Shown one piece after another: positions 35,880 through 44,894 of a DNA stretch of 64,000 nucleotides (positions are counted from its first letter, which is position 1; every line of letters starts with the position of its first letter). The DNA comes from Escherichia coli (lineage in GTDB: Bacteria; Pseudomonadota; Gammaproteobacteria; Enterobacterales; Enterobacteriaceae), in NCBI GenBank assembly GCA_025544715.1, contig GCA_025544715.1_4109.3. One strand, 5' to 3'. The notes below the pieces were generated by a model, which saw only the letters and a list, made by a program, of their open reading frames with translations, was not told the origin of the DNA and did not search any database. A program made the translations under genes and the position numbers.

Positions 35880-36437
35880 TTAGCTCCCTTTGTATTGATG
35901 TTTACGTTTAGTACTGTATTTCCAGCCAGTACTGTGTCTTGTTCTGATATCGTCCCAATACGATGGTAATGAACGCATCTTACGTCTTCCACGTATATCA
36001 GGTTCCCCCTCATCCTTCAGTACTGCACAAGCCATACGACGCTCTTGTTGAGTCTTAGGACGCTTGTATCGGGAGTGGTTATGTTTGTACATATACGAAC
36101 GCTTATGTCGCCATTCCGTATCACGAGCTTTGCGTTTATGTTCCCAGTACTCATTATAGAGTATCATGTATTCACCCATAAGTAAATCAGGAGATACAAG
36201 TAATCCTTTTTCAGTACAAAGATAATAACCCACAAACTCTTCTGGGAACATTTCGTAATAGAAACGGTTCTTCCAAAAAGTTTCACGATTCTTTTTGTTG
36301 AATTCTGCTAAATCAAATTTCATCTTACTGTGGAAACGATCTATCCCTTGATGGTCAGCAATGTATTGAAGTAGATCGTCTACAATCTCAACTTTACCAG
36401 AATCGTGATACAACGTAAATGTTTGGTCAAAAAACAT
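35880..36437 (-). CDS. hypothetical basic protein (185 aa)
   Basis: ORF; GGAG RBS. Confidence 0.45.
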   Translation of the reverse strand: MFFDQTFTLYHDSGKVEIVDDLLQYIADHQGIDRFHSKMKFDLAEFNKKNRETFWKNRFYYEMFPEEFVGYYLCTEKGLLVSPDLLMGEYMILYNEYWEHKRKARDTEWRHKRSYMYKHNHSRYKRPKTQQERRMACAVLKDEGEPDIRGRRKMRSLPSYWDDIRTRHSTGWKYSTKRKHQYKGS

Positions 36438-36533
36438 ATGAAATCTCCTTTAAGTTAAAATAACCTAATGGAAAGTCATTCTTCCTTTAATACATGTTCT
36501 CATGATTTGTTCCTTTTGTCAAGATATAGATAT

Positions 36534-36558
36534 AAAAAATCCCTGCCAAAAGACAGGG
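36534..36558 (-). terminator. rho-independent terminator after 62-aa gene
   Basis: tccctg/caggga stem flanked by A/T runs; a second 9-bp inverted repeat (ggagttctt/aagaactcc) lies at 36591..36644. Confidence 0.45.
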
Positions 36559-36663
36559 ACGAAAAACTGAAATAACACATGGAGTTCTTTTTAATTTAAT
36601 AAAAAGTATTATTATTCTTATAAAAGTATTTATTAAGAACTCCACAATATGGCTTCAAATGAA

Positions 36664-36852
36664 TCAAAAACCTTTCTGAGCTACTAGTTCACGGTACTGT
36701 GCACGAGTTAGTACACCTTGTTTGCGTAGAGCTTGTAGACCGGATAGGGTTTCACTCTTACGTTGTTCGTACATACGTTGTTCTTTGGATTGAATAACTT
36801 TCTCTTTCTTAACTTTTGCTACTGGTTCTTGTTTCTTAGGTTGTTTAGCCAT
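36664..36852 (-). CDS. small Lys-rich protein with SHOCT-like C-terminus (62 aa)
   Basis: N-terminal KKQEPVAKVKKEK, C-terminal LSGLQALRKQGVLTRAQYRELVAQ; AGGAG RBS. Confidence 0.45.
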   Translation of the reverse strand: MAKQPKKQEPVAKVKKEKVIQSKEQRMYEQRKSETLSGLQALRKQGVLTRAQYRELVAQKGF

Positions 36853-36883
36853 TTTATATCTCCTTCTGTATTATGATAACAAC

Positions 36884-36917
36884 ATTATATCATGTATGGG
36901 ACATAATGTCCCATACA
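36884..36917 (-). promoter_or_regulatory. extended -10 promoter with abutting 25-bp palindrome (candidate operator)
   Basis: Minus-strand TGATATAAT (36892..36884) immediately downstream of the perfect palindrome tgtatgggac-ataat-gtcccataca (36893..36917). Confidence 0.45.
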
Positions 36918-36920
36918 ATA

Positions 36921-38360
36921 TTACATATTTTCTTCAGCAAATTCAGCCAGTGGTGAACGAACAACACCTTCTAGTTCGATGACACGACAACCTGCCCAGT
37001 CTTTAAACTTCTCAGTTACATAAGTCAAACCACTGTTAACTGGACTAATAAACTTACTGTCAATCTGACTCAAGTTACCCATAATTACTACTTTACAGTT
37101 TAACCCTGCTCGTGTCAAGATGGTTTTTGCTTGTGCAGGTGTAATGTTTTGGAATTCATCAACTACTAGAATAGTGTTGGTGAATGAACGTCCACGTACA
37201 AAGTTTAGTGCTTTAAATTGAATAACATTACGTTTCATAATCTCTTCAATACTACCTTGTGGGTTAGCATCATCTTTATGAAGAAACTCTAACGCATCAA
37301 TCGCGGCTCCACAGAATGGAATCACTTTTTCTGCTTCTGAACCTGGCAAGAAACCAATATCTTCAAACTGTGAGTCTTGAGTTTTAGAGAAGATGATTCG
37401 GTCGTATTTACGTTTTTCCAGTACTAATTCCAATGCAGTAGCAATCGTAATTAGTGTTTTACCAGTACCAGCAGAACCTAGCAGTACTGTTAGATGTACA
37501 TCAGGATCGAGAATACTGTTGATAGCGAGTGCTTGTTGGATATTCTTTGCTTTAATATCCCATACTTTAGCACGTAAAGCCACTGATTGTCCAATGTCTT
37601 GGAATACCAAAATATCTTCTGGTGTTAGTGTTCCATCATCTTCCTCAATTGCTGATTGTCCTTCGTACACAAATAATACGTCAGCATCATCATATAGGTA
37701 ATCACCGATGCATAGATTTTGTGGAAGCAGATGTTCAATCAAGCTTTTAGAAATGTAATGATACAAACGACGACCAACTTGTTCGGATTGAATATTAGTA
37801 TTGGTTAAGTTGCTGTATACTTCCCAAAAATTGATTTCCAGATGGTGTTGACCAATGTGAATCAAATCACTATCACCAATAACAATATCATGGCGATAAT
37901 CTTGTACCTCGACACCATAACTTAGTGCTTTGATACGCATGTTGATATCACGAGTTACCAGTACTGATTCTGTTGCTAAAGCTACCAGAATGATTTTATC
38001 ATCAGGTACAGTACTTTTGAGAAGGGTTTGAACTTTCTCTTCTGTACCTTTAGTACGAATTAGTGCCTCAGCTTCTTCGTTTGTAATAACAAACAATTTG
38101 CTATCAGGATTCATATTGGTATGAACATCAGCAATATTAACACCAGTACTACTAATCTCGTCATGTGATGCATCTGCAATAATTGCTTCAATGTTACGAA
38201 TAGCAACACGTGCATCGCGTGAAACATCTACATTACGACTCTTAATCGAATCTAATTCTTCCAGTACTGTAAATGGTAGAATGATTGCAGCACCATCAAA
38301 AGCAATAGATGCATTAGGGTCAGATAGTAGTACGTTTGTGTCAATTGTATATTTTTTCAT
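36921..38360 (-). CDS. phoH: PhoH-like ATPase with N-terminal PIN domain
   Basis: N-terminal PIN-like IDTNVLL...D, Walker A GSAGTGKT, 479 aa. Confidence 0.8.
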   Translation of the reverse strand: MKKYTIDTNVLLSDPNASIAFDGAAIILPFTVLEELDSIKSRNVDVSRDARVAIRNIEAIIADASHDEISSTGVNIADVHTNMNPDSKLFVITNEEAEALIRTKGTEEKVQTLLKSTVPDDKIILVALATESVLVTRDINMRIKALSYGVEVQDYRHDIVIGDSDLIHIGQHHLEINFWEVYSNLTNTNIQSEQVGRRLYHYISKSLIEHLLPQNLCIGDYLYDDADVLFVYEGQSAIEEDDGTLTPEDILVFQDIGQSVALRAKVWDIKAKNIQQALAINSILDPDVHLTVLLGSAGTGKTLITIATALELVLEKRKYDRIIFSKTQDSQFEDIGFLPGSEAEKVIPFCGAAIDALEFLHKDDANPQGSIEEIMKRNVIQFKALNFVRGRSFTNTILVVDEFQNITPAQAKTILTRAGLNCKVVIMGNLSQIDSKFISPVNSGLTYVTEKFKDWAGCRVIELEGVVRSPLAEFAEENM

Positions 38361-38420
38361 AAAACATCCTTGAGTTATGAGTACATCCTTGTACTCGACT
38401 AATGTTATTGACTCGGATTA

Positions 38421-38723
38421 TTACATATTTGGTTCGTATTCAACATAGCAACGTGAACCTCGAACCTTTTCTTCCCAGCACTCCTGGTAAACAAGTTGAC
38501 CAATTGAAACTGGTTCTCTTGATAGTCCATTACGTACTTCACCACTTTGGGTTTTATACATGAATGAACATTTGGACTCGCTACATTGTCCTAAACTAAC
38601 AACTTCTGCGGTATTGTAGTGAATGTTGGTACGCTTAGTGTTCTCGTGATACTGTCCGAACCAAAGAACTCCTGCACCTAACAGAACAGTACAAATAAGA
38701 CTTTTAATGTGTGTTTGAATCAT
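38421..38723 (-). CDS. exported/membrane-anchored protein (100 aa)
   Basis: N-terminal hydrophobic segment; Cys-rich. Confidence 0.45.
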   Translation of the reverse strand: MIQTHIKSLICTVLLGAGVLWFGQYHENTKRTNIHYNTAEVVSLGQCSESKCSFMYKTQSGEVRNGLSREPVSIGQLVYQECWEEKVRGSRCYVEYEPNM

Positions 38724-39040
38724 AATGCGTTAAATCCATTGTTTAAGTATGTTTCAATATTAATTTTACCAACAGGATTACTACTGTGAACAAAGTACTC
38801 AAACGGTTCTTTAATATTATTATCAAACATATAATCAATAAGAAACTTAGCAAAAGAATATCCAGTCTTTTCGTCTTCGCTCACATCACCCAAGTCATGG
38901 TCGAATGATACAAATGCTGGAATTCCATTTTCAATAACATATTCACATGCACTTTTAAAGTCACGACATACCACCATATCTTGGTTTGGATAATATAGAT
39001 TTGCATCACGAATATCATCCAAAAACATTGAGTAAGACAT
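38720..39040 (-). CDS. hypothetical protein (106 aa), co-transcribed with Nudix/Sir2
   Basis: ORF overlapping upstream gene by 4 nt; no motif recognised. Confidence 0.45.
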   Translation of the reverse strand: MSYSMFLDDIRDANLYYPNQDMVVCRDFKSACEYVIENGIPAFVSFDHDLGDVSEDEKTGYSFAKFLIDYMFDNNIKEPFEYFVHSSNPVGKINIETYLNNGFNAL

Positions 39041-39049
39041 GTTAAACTC

Positions 39050-39601
39050 CTATAGATAACTAATTAGTAAGTTTTCTTTTTGAACCAGATACTCCAATTC
39101 TTGTTTTGCTGTACCGATGAAGTTCTGTGTCATAAGATTATTATATCCCGCTTCTCGATTTTGTCCCTTAGAATAACGAGAAATATGACATAAATTTACA
39201 CCAGCAACTTCAGCACTCGCATGTTTAGCATTAGTGTATCCATCTCTAATGTGTTTCAACTCGTCATAGCTTACTTCATAGCTAAAACTATGACTGTTTG
39301 CACCTGGGTAAATTTCAAAAGTTTTGAGTGGTCGGAGATGGGAAACAAAAATATTGTAATCCATTTCTTCTTGAACTTCACGACGCAATGCATCTTCTAA
39401 TGAGATATCAGTACTTTCTACGGTTCCACCACATCCACCAAGAAGACCATCCCATCGTAATTGTAGTAAAACTAAATTTACTTCTGGTATATCATTCAAC
39501 TCATAGTTTTTGTAAGGGTTGCATTTTCTTGCAAAGAAATAACAAAATACAAAATTTGCACGTGAGCCATATTCACCAAAGGGAACTTCTTTAACACTCA
39601 T
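39050..39601 (-). CDS. Nudix hydrolase (183 aa)
   Basis: Nudix box GGCGGTVESTDISLEDALRREVQEEM; ATGA overlap with Sir2 gene. Confidence 0.55.
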   Translation of the reverse strand: MSVKEVPFGEYGSRANFVFCYFFARKCNPYKNYELNDIPEVNLVLLQLRWDGLLGGCGGTVESTDISLEDALRREVQEEMDYNIFVSHLRPLKTFEIYPGANSHSFSYEVSYDELKHIRDGYTNAKHASAEVAGVNLCHISRYSKGQNREAGYNNLMTQNFIGTAKQELEYLVQKENLLISYL

Positions 39602-40356
39602 TTCATACGTTCCTTAATTATAGTCTCTAGATGTGGTATTGCTTTGGTTGCTGGCTTGATAACTTTTTCATTAAACAAAAAATCATTATCATTTTTACGA
39701 ATGTTAACATTAACACTATAACATGGCAATGCTGCTGCTAATCTCGACCATACCAGTACTGTATCGCTACTACCAATTACAATAACTGTATCATTTTCAT
39801 TAAGAGATTTCAACACATTATTTCGTTCTTCGTAAATTGGTAAGCGAATACCATCAACATAACGATGATATTCTCCAATCATTACTACATTTGGTTTAGC
39901 AAAAACATCATGCTTTGGTATGTATGGTTCGTATCCGCAGTTAATAACATTATAATCATCGGAATTAATACTATAATTTTCAATAACTTCGCACAAGTTT
40001 CCATGAAGTTTAAGCTCATGACCACCAATACGAGTATAAAGATCATCCATGTTAGAAGTCATATGAAGGAAGCAATCACCATATTGATCTTCTAACGATT
40101 TTATAAAATAATGCATTGCATTGGGTTCGCATTGTCCCAATTTTACACGTAATGTATTATAGAAGGAATGAACAACGTGATATTTTGTAGTTAAACTAGC
40201 AATGTTACATACATCATTAATTTTAAATGTATCCCACAAACCATCATCAAATCGAAAAGGTTCCATACCACTTTCAACGGAAAGTCCTGCACCTGATATA
40301 ATCAGTAATCGTTTTTTACCTTCATTGCTTATAAATTTTTCTGATATCATATTCAA
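39598..40356 (-). CDS. Sir2-family (sirtuin-fold) NAD-binding protein
   Basis: ISGAGLSVESGMEPFR (GAGIS..SG.P.FR) and SNMDDLYTRIGGHELKLHG (NxDxL...LHG catalytic His); no zinc-ribbon CxxC pairs seen. Confidence 0.6.
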   Translation of the reverse strand: MNMISEKFISNEGKKRLLIISGAGLSVESGMEPFRFDDGLWDTFKINDVCNIASLTTKYHVVHSFYNTLRVKLGQCEPNAMHYFIKSLEDQYGDCFLHMTSNMDDLYTRIGGHELKLHGNLCEVIENYSINSDDYNVINCGYEPYIPKHDVFAKPNVVMIGEYHRYVDGIRLPIYEERNNVLKSLNENDTVIVIGSSDTVLVWSRLAAALPCYSVNVNIRKNDNDFLFNEKVIKPATKAIPHLETIIKERMK

Positions 40357-40359
40357 TCC

Positions 40360-40554
40360 TTATAAAAAACCAATTAAATATATTGATAATAACAGAATGA
40401 TTCCAATATGATAGGCATACATAAAATTATTATCTTTGTGATAACCTTTGGATGTCAAGTCCCTATATAAGCATTTAGCATTGTTATAAATTACAACAAT
40501 AGAAAAAACTATAAAAAAACTCAAAACCCATTCATAAATTGTGTATGCCATCAT
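40360..40554 (-). CDS. small two-TM membrane protein (64 aa)
   Basis: Two hydrophobic helices. Confidence 0.4.
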   Translation of the reverse strand: MMAYTIYEWVLSFFIVFSIVVIYNNAKCLYRDLTSKGYHKDNNFMYAYHIGIILLLSIYLIGFL

Positions 40555-40572
40555 CTATTCTCTCTTATAATT

Positions 40573-41169
40573 TTAATACTTTAAAACATCAAACTCTGCA
40601 CTTACACTAGTTACATTATCACTGACAATTTTAAAAATTGATTTGATGCGTTCATGTAGTGGTACTTTTGATTCATTCTCAACTTCAATATATGCTTGCA
40701 TTGCTGCAATAGCATGATATGTCCCGCTACCTACGGCTGTGATTCGTGTTTTCGGTTGAAGAACTGAAAAATCTTCTTGAACTTCATAAATTGTATGATT
40801 GTGGAGAATGATGAACTGACCACCACCTACTTCTTGTGAAGGATCACGAGAACCCCATTCCTCTTTGAACATTTGACGAATAATAGGAATAACTTTCAGT
40901 ACTAAGTACTGTGGGAACGTCTCATTGGCATCTTGCTGTGGTAGATTCAAACTGTAAGTAAGAAGTTGACCCATACGGAATGATGTGGTGTAACCAATCG
41001 CCATAATTTCTTTTGTACGGGTCAAACCAGCATCATCATTGATTTTAATGAATTCTTTCTCAAATACTTTAGGCTCAGTTTGAACTGATTTTGTGAAACC
41101 ATTACTTCCTAGTTTGTCCCCTGCAATAAAAGAAGTTACACCATCAGTGTGTGCAATGATACATGTCAT
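40573..41169 (-). CDS. HslV/proteasome-beta-like Ntn-hydrolase peptidase
   Basis: MTCIIAHTDG...IAGDK and ITAVGSGTYHAIAAMQAY resemble HslV TTIVSV...IAGDGQ and IAIGSGG.YA.AAARAL; start re-assigned to ATG giving N-terminal Thr (ATGA overlap with upstream stop; track 41238). Confidence 0.55.
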   Translation of the reverse strand: MTCIIAHTDGVTSFIAGDKLGSNGFTKSVQTEPKVFEKEFIKINDDAGLTRTKEIMAIGYTTSFRMGQLLTYSLNLPQQDANETFPQYLVLKVIPIIRQMFKEEWGSRDPSQEVGGGQFIILHNHTIYEVQEDFSVLQPKTRITAVGSGTYHAIAAMQAYIEVENESKVPLHERIKSIFKIVSDNVTSVSAEFDVLKY

Positions 41170-41426
41170 AAAATAGCTCCAATTGCAAATAAAGTTGTAT
41201 ATAAAATATAAATCAATGTACCTAATAACATTAGACACACCAAATATGATGTTGCCAGAACATAATAAATTATTGCTTCAAACTTTGAATTGAACTTCAT
41301 TGTTGTGTTATCAATAAAGCCATTTTTGTAATCTTTGTAAATGAAAACTGTTAGGAAAAGTACAGTAATATACATCACTACTGTAGCATAAAAAATAATA
41401 GATGTCAAATTTTGGATGTTTGTCAT
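41166..41426 (-). CDS. membrane protein (86 aa)
   Basis: Multiple hydrophobic helices. Confidence 0.4.
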   Translation of the reverse strand: MTNIQNLTSIIFYATVVMYITVLFLTVFIYKDYKNGFIDNTTMKFNSKFEAIIYYVLATSYLVCLMLLGTLIYILYTTLFAIGAIL

Positions 41427-41496
41427 AGTTATATAATCTCAATATAATTAATAACAAAGGAAGTACAACATAATCATCCTGTTATTTTAATTATTT

Positions 41497-42105
41497 TTAT
41501 TGGTTTACTGATCCATATCGGATTAGTTCAGTTTTTGTCAAGATAACAACATCTTCACCACGAGAACGGCTAACTTTATATAGAACGTCTGGTGGAATTC
41601 CATTTGCAGAATATAGTGTAAATAGAAAACCTACTTTAGTTGCCATTTCTTCAGTAAAAGTTGATAGCTGCCTAACTGATACAAAAGAATTATCACCGTC
41701 TTTAACATTACTTTTAATAGAAATGTTATGAAGTCCCAGTACTGAGCGATTTATCATGTATCGCTTTTCAAAAGCTACACTAAAGAATACCACAGTACAT
41801 GCTGAGTTGCAATACCTAGAAACAATTAAATTTATACCATTGTCTCTAACGAAGTTTGCCATTTTAATTCCAGCATCAAAATCACCACCTGGTGATGTGA
41901 TTGTAATGGTATCATAGTGTTCTTTATCATACAACTCCATCATACGCTTGAGTGATCCATCTGTAATATCTGAGATGAAATATACATTACGTGTTTCTGG
42001 ATTGTACTTTATCACATTTTTACGTTCAACACCAGCACTGGCTGGAAAATTTATCAACATCAGAAGCATTACTGCTTGTACTACCTCAAGCCATAGTCTT
42101 TTCAT
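41497..42105 (-). CDS. secreted ClpP/S49-fold serine-peptidase-like protein
   Basis: Signal peptide MKRLWLEVVQAVMLLMLINFPASAG; ITSPGGDFDAGIKMANF resembles the ClpP/SppA SPGG serine motif; AAGGA RBS. Confidence 0.45.
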   Translation of the reverse strand: MKRLWLEVVQAVMLLMLINFPASAGVERKNVIKYNPETRNVYFISDITDGSLKRMMELYDKEHYDTITITSPGGDFDAGIKMANFVRDNGINLIVSRYCNSACTVVFFSVAFEKRYMINRSVLGLHNISIKSNVKDGDNSFVSVRQLSTFTEEMATKVGFLFTLYSANGIPPDVLYKVSRSRGEDVVILTKTELIRYGSVNQ

Positions 42106-42133
42106 AACAAATCCTTAATTTTGGTTAGGAAGA

Positions 42134-42141
42134 TATAAATA
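42134..42141 (+). promoter_or_regulatory. T4-type late promoter TATAAATA (plus strand)
   Basis: Exact TATAAATA about 147 nt upstream of the only plus-strand gene pair. Confidence 0.35.
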
Positions 42142-42287
42142 ATATAGTACTTAAACACTTAAGTCAAACTTTTTCTGTACTTAACTCAAATTTCCCTCAT
42201 CAGATAATCCCCTTAGTACAATCACTGTGAAGATTCTATCACAAACCCATACCAAATGTAAAGCTTTTTTTATAAGGAGTGCCCTTC

Positions 42288-44213
42288 ATGGGAAAACCAA
42301 TTGCAGGACAAGACCAATTTCCATTCACTATAGGTGGATATTTAGTTGATGGTGCAAACATAAAAGGTACAACATATGTAAAATCGTTGTACATCTACAA
42401 ACAGCGTTCCTCTGATTTGTATGATTTAATGGATTCAAATGGAACAATATATCGTTTTATTCGTATTGTTGGATATGGTCAAGATGGTAACAGATTAAAT
42501 TATTTTACACCAGCAGAAGAAATTGTACCAAATCTGGCGACCAATACATTTTTTATAAAAGTTCAAGATGCTGAAAGAAATATATTTTCATTTGTTAGAT
42601 TGTACCAATTAAATAAAATAATAACATTCGATGGTGATTATATTTTTAGAAAAATAGATAAAGATCGTTATCTAAGTGGTGTGTTAATTCAACCATCATT
42701 AACTACATTACAAGTTGGTAAAACCAGTTCACTGCATTGTGTATTCTACCCTAATGATTACTATGATACTGATGGAACTTGGTACATAAACGACCATTCT
42801 GATATAAATCCAGAAATACCTAGTAAGTATGCTAAAATCATAGAATATAATAAAAATGAAGTATCTATTGAAGGAACATCGGTGGGTATGTCAATACTTT
42901 CATTTGTTCCTAAAAATAATAAATCCATAATTTCACATTCTCTTATTAACATTGTTAATGAAAATGTAGATATAGAATACATGGTTGCCGAAAGAAGTTC
43001 TCCATTTTTTAATCATTATATTGGCAATGAATGGACTATTCAAATAGTCACATATCCGTATGACGCGACTATACAATACCCTCTTGAAATCGTAATCGAT
43101 GCGGAAGTAGATCCTTATATGAAAATTGCCACTACCGAGTTAGTTGGAGTCTCTGAAAATAATAAAATATATACATTTAAATCAACACTTGAGCCAGATT
43201 TAGAATATTATATAGATTATTATCCACAAATCACCTTCACTATGAATGAACCTTACAAATTTAGTGCATTGTTTGAAAATAAAATTTGTTTGTCTGGTTG
43301 GGAAAGATATTGTGAAAAAATTACCAGTCCTGGAAAGTTATTTTCTATTGATGAATATGTACGTCCAAACACGACTAAAACATTAAAATATTGGTTAATG
43401 AATGATTATGACCAACATATGTATCCAATACGTTCAACTGATGATGAAATTGCCACAATTGATGTAACAACTGGTATATTGAGAACTTACGATAAAAGAG
43501 GAACAGTATCTTTCTATACAAATTATACTGATATAACTACTGGGGCCATTAGTCAAGATGAATATTTAGTTGGGAAACTAACCGTTACAGACGATGTGTA
43601 CGATTTAATCGAGGTAGAACCATCAAATATACAATATATGTTCCCAAATCAATCACAACAATTCACGTTAACTGGTTATAGAGAAGGTTATCCAAATACA
43701 TCTTTTAATGTTAATGTAAGTATGTTGAACAATTATGCAACTTCTTCAAACAATATCGTCACTATTAACGAAAATACATCTAATAACTCTAGATTTAAGA
43801 TAGTATCAGATTTCAATGGTAATTATAAAAACTTTAGTAGTATATATTCTAATCAAACACCATCTATTATAGTAAAAACAAATCCAAATGATTTAACTCC
43901 AATACAAAGTATTGATGTTTCTGAAAATGAAATTTTATCTATAAGAATGGCTGAAGAAAATGAAATAGATGATTATAAAGTTAGTTTTTATCCAAAACCA
44001 AATTATTGTGTTAATTATGAACTTGAAATTGTATCATATGATAATACTATAATTGAAATATATGATAAAGAAAATGCATTAAAAAACGGGCTAAATTATT
44101 ATGGTAATATTATGTTATACATAACACCAAAAAGTCCTGGAAGTACCGAGATTGTTGTTAGATCTGTTCATTACCCAGATGTACAACAATCTGTAAAAGT
44201 AGTTGTTTATTAA
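42288..44213 (+). CDS. virion-surface-type protein with bacterial Ig-like (Big_2-like) repeats
   Basis: ATG with AAGGAG RBS (track gives GTG at 42279); segments such as IQPSLTTLQVGKTSSLHCVFYPND and the C-terminal block fit Big_2-like patterns; N-terminal 110 aa duplicated in next gene. Confidence 0.5.
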   Translation: MGKPIAGQDQFPFTIGGYLVDGANIKGTTYVKSLYIYKQRSSDLYDLMDSNGTIYRFIRIVGYGQDGNRLNYFTPAEEIVPNLATNTFFIKVQDAERNIFSFVRLYQLNKIITFDGDYIFRKIDKDRYLSGVLIQPSLTTLQVGKTSSLHCVFYPNDYYDTDGTWYINDHSDINPEIPSKYAKIIEYNKNEVSIEGTSVGMSILSFVPKNNKSIISHSLINIVNENVDIEYMVAERSSPFFNHYIGNEWTIQIVTYPYDATIQYPLEIVIDAEVDPYMKIATTELVGVSENNKIYTFKSTLEPDLEYYIDYYPQITFTMNEPYKFSALFENKICLSGWERYCEKITSPGKLFSIDEYVRPNTTKTLKYWLMNDYDQHMYPIRSTDDEIATIDVTTGILRTYDKRGTVSFYTNYTDITTGAISQDEYLVGKLTVTDDVYDLIEVEPSNIQYMFPNQSQQFTLTGYREGYPNTSFNVNVSMLNNYATSSNNIVTINENTSNNSRFKIVSDFNGNYKNFSSIYSNQTPSIIVKTNPNDLTPIQSIDVSENEILSIRMAEENEIDDYKVSFYPKPNYCVNYELEIVSYDNTIIEIYDKENALKNGLNYYGNIMLYITPKSPGSTEIVVRSVHYPDVQQSVKVVVY

Positions 44214-44229
44214 TAAGAGGAAATAAAAT

Positions 44230-44607
44230 ATGAAAGCTATAGCAGCACAAGGTAAATTACCATTCAATATCGGCGGCTTTTGTGTAACCGCAGCTAATAT
44301 AAACGGTGAATTGAAATATAACTTGAACATCTTTAATCAACGTTCTAGTTGTGTTTACGATCTTATCGACACTGATTTTAATGTTTATCGTTTTGTAACT
44401 ATAACAAGTTTTGATAAAGATAAAATCAGATTAGACGCATCTAAAACTGCACTAGAGATTGCACCAACTTTAGCAAAAAATACTTTTTGTATTAAGATTG
44501 ATGATAGTGCATTTGCCGAATCATTCCAGTTTCATAAAATTAAATTGAGTACTGGAGAAATGAAATATCACCCTTGGGATTTGTATTATTGTAACATCCC
44601 TGGTTAA
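44230..44607 (+). CDS. standalone paralog of the N-terminal domain of 42288..44213 (125 aa)
   Basis: Shares G.LPF.IGG..V..ANI.G...Y, QRSS.vYDLiD, YRFV.I, NTFcIK; AAGAGGAAA RBS. Confidence 0.5.
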   Translation: MKAIAAQGKLPFNIGGFCVTAANINGELKYNLNIFNQRSSCVYDLIDTDFNVYRFVTITSFDKDKIRLDASKTALEIAPTLAKNTFCIKIDDSAFAESFQFHKIKLSTGEMKYHPWDLYYCNIPG

Positions 44608-44639
44608 CAAAAAAGGAGCCACAAGGCTCCTTTTTTTTA
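44608..44639. terminator. bidirectional rho-independent terminator
   Basis: A7-ggagcc-acaa-ggctcc-T8; ends both the plus module and the convergent minus gene. Confidence 0.6.
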
Positions 44640-44894
44640 TTCTACAGTATTAAGCTTCTGACAAATCATGTCAGCTTCTACTCGGTCTTTATAATAAATG
44701 GTAAATCCAAATCTACTTGTTACCCTTTTCTCACTACGGTGTATACAGTTTACAATATAGTACTTATTATTTTGTGCAGAAAAACGAACTTCATAATTTC
44801 GAAAATAAGTATTAGGTTCATCTATAGCAACTATATATAACATAAAAATGAAAAGCACTATTATTAGAAAAGCAATAATAATTATTACTGTCAT
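44637..44894 (-). CDS. membrane-anchored protein (85 aa)
   Basis: N-terminal TM IIIIAFLIIVLFIFMLYIVAI. Confidence 0.45.
   Translation of the reverse strand: MTVIIIIAFLIIVLFIFMLYIVAIDEPNTYFRNYEVRFSAQNNKYYIVNCIHRSEKRVTSRFGFTIYYKDRVEADMICQKLNTVE

Noticed and set aside
36438-36540. sigma70 promoter with TTGACA at 36520..36515 upstream of 35880..36437
   Set aside because: The -35 is perfect but the best-spaced -10 (GAACAT) is weak; not called as a feature.
38361-38420. Hairpin gagtac...gtactc between the 100-aa gene and phoH as a terminator
   Set aside because: No T-run follows on the transcribed strand; more likely an RNA structure near the phoH RBS.
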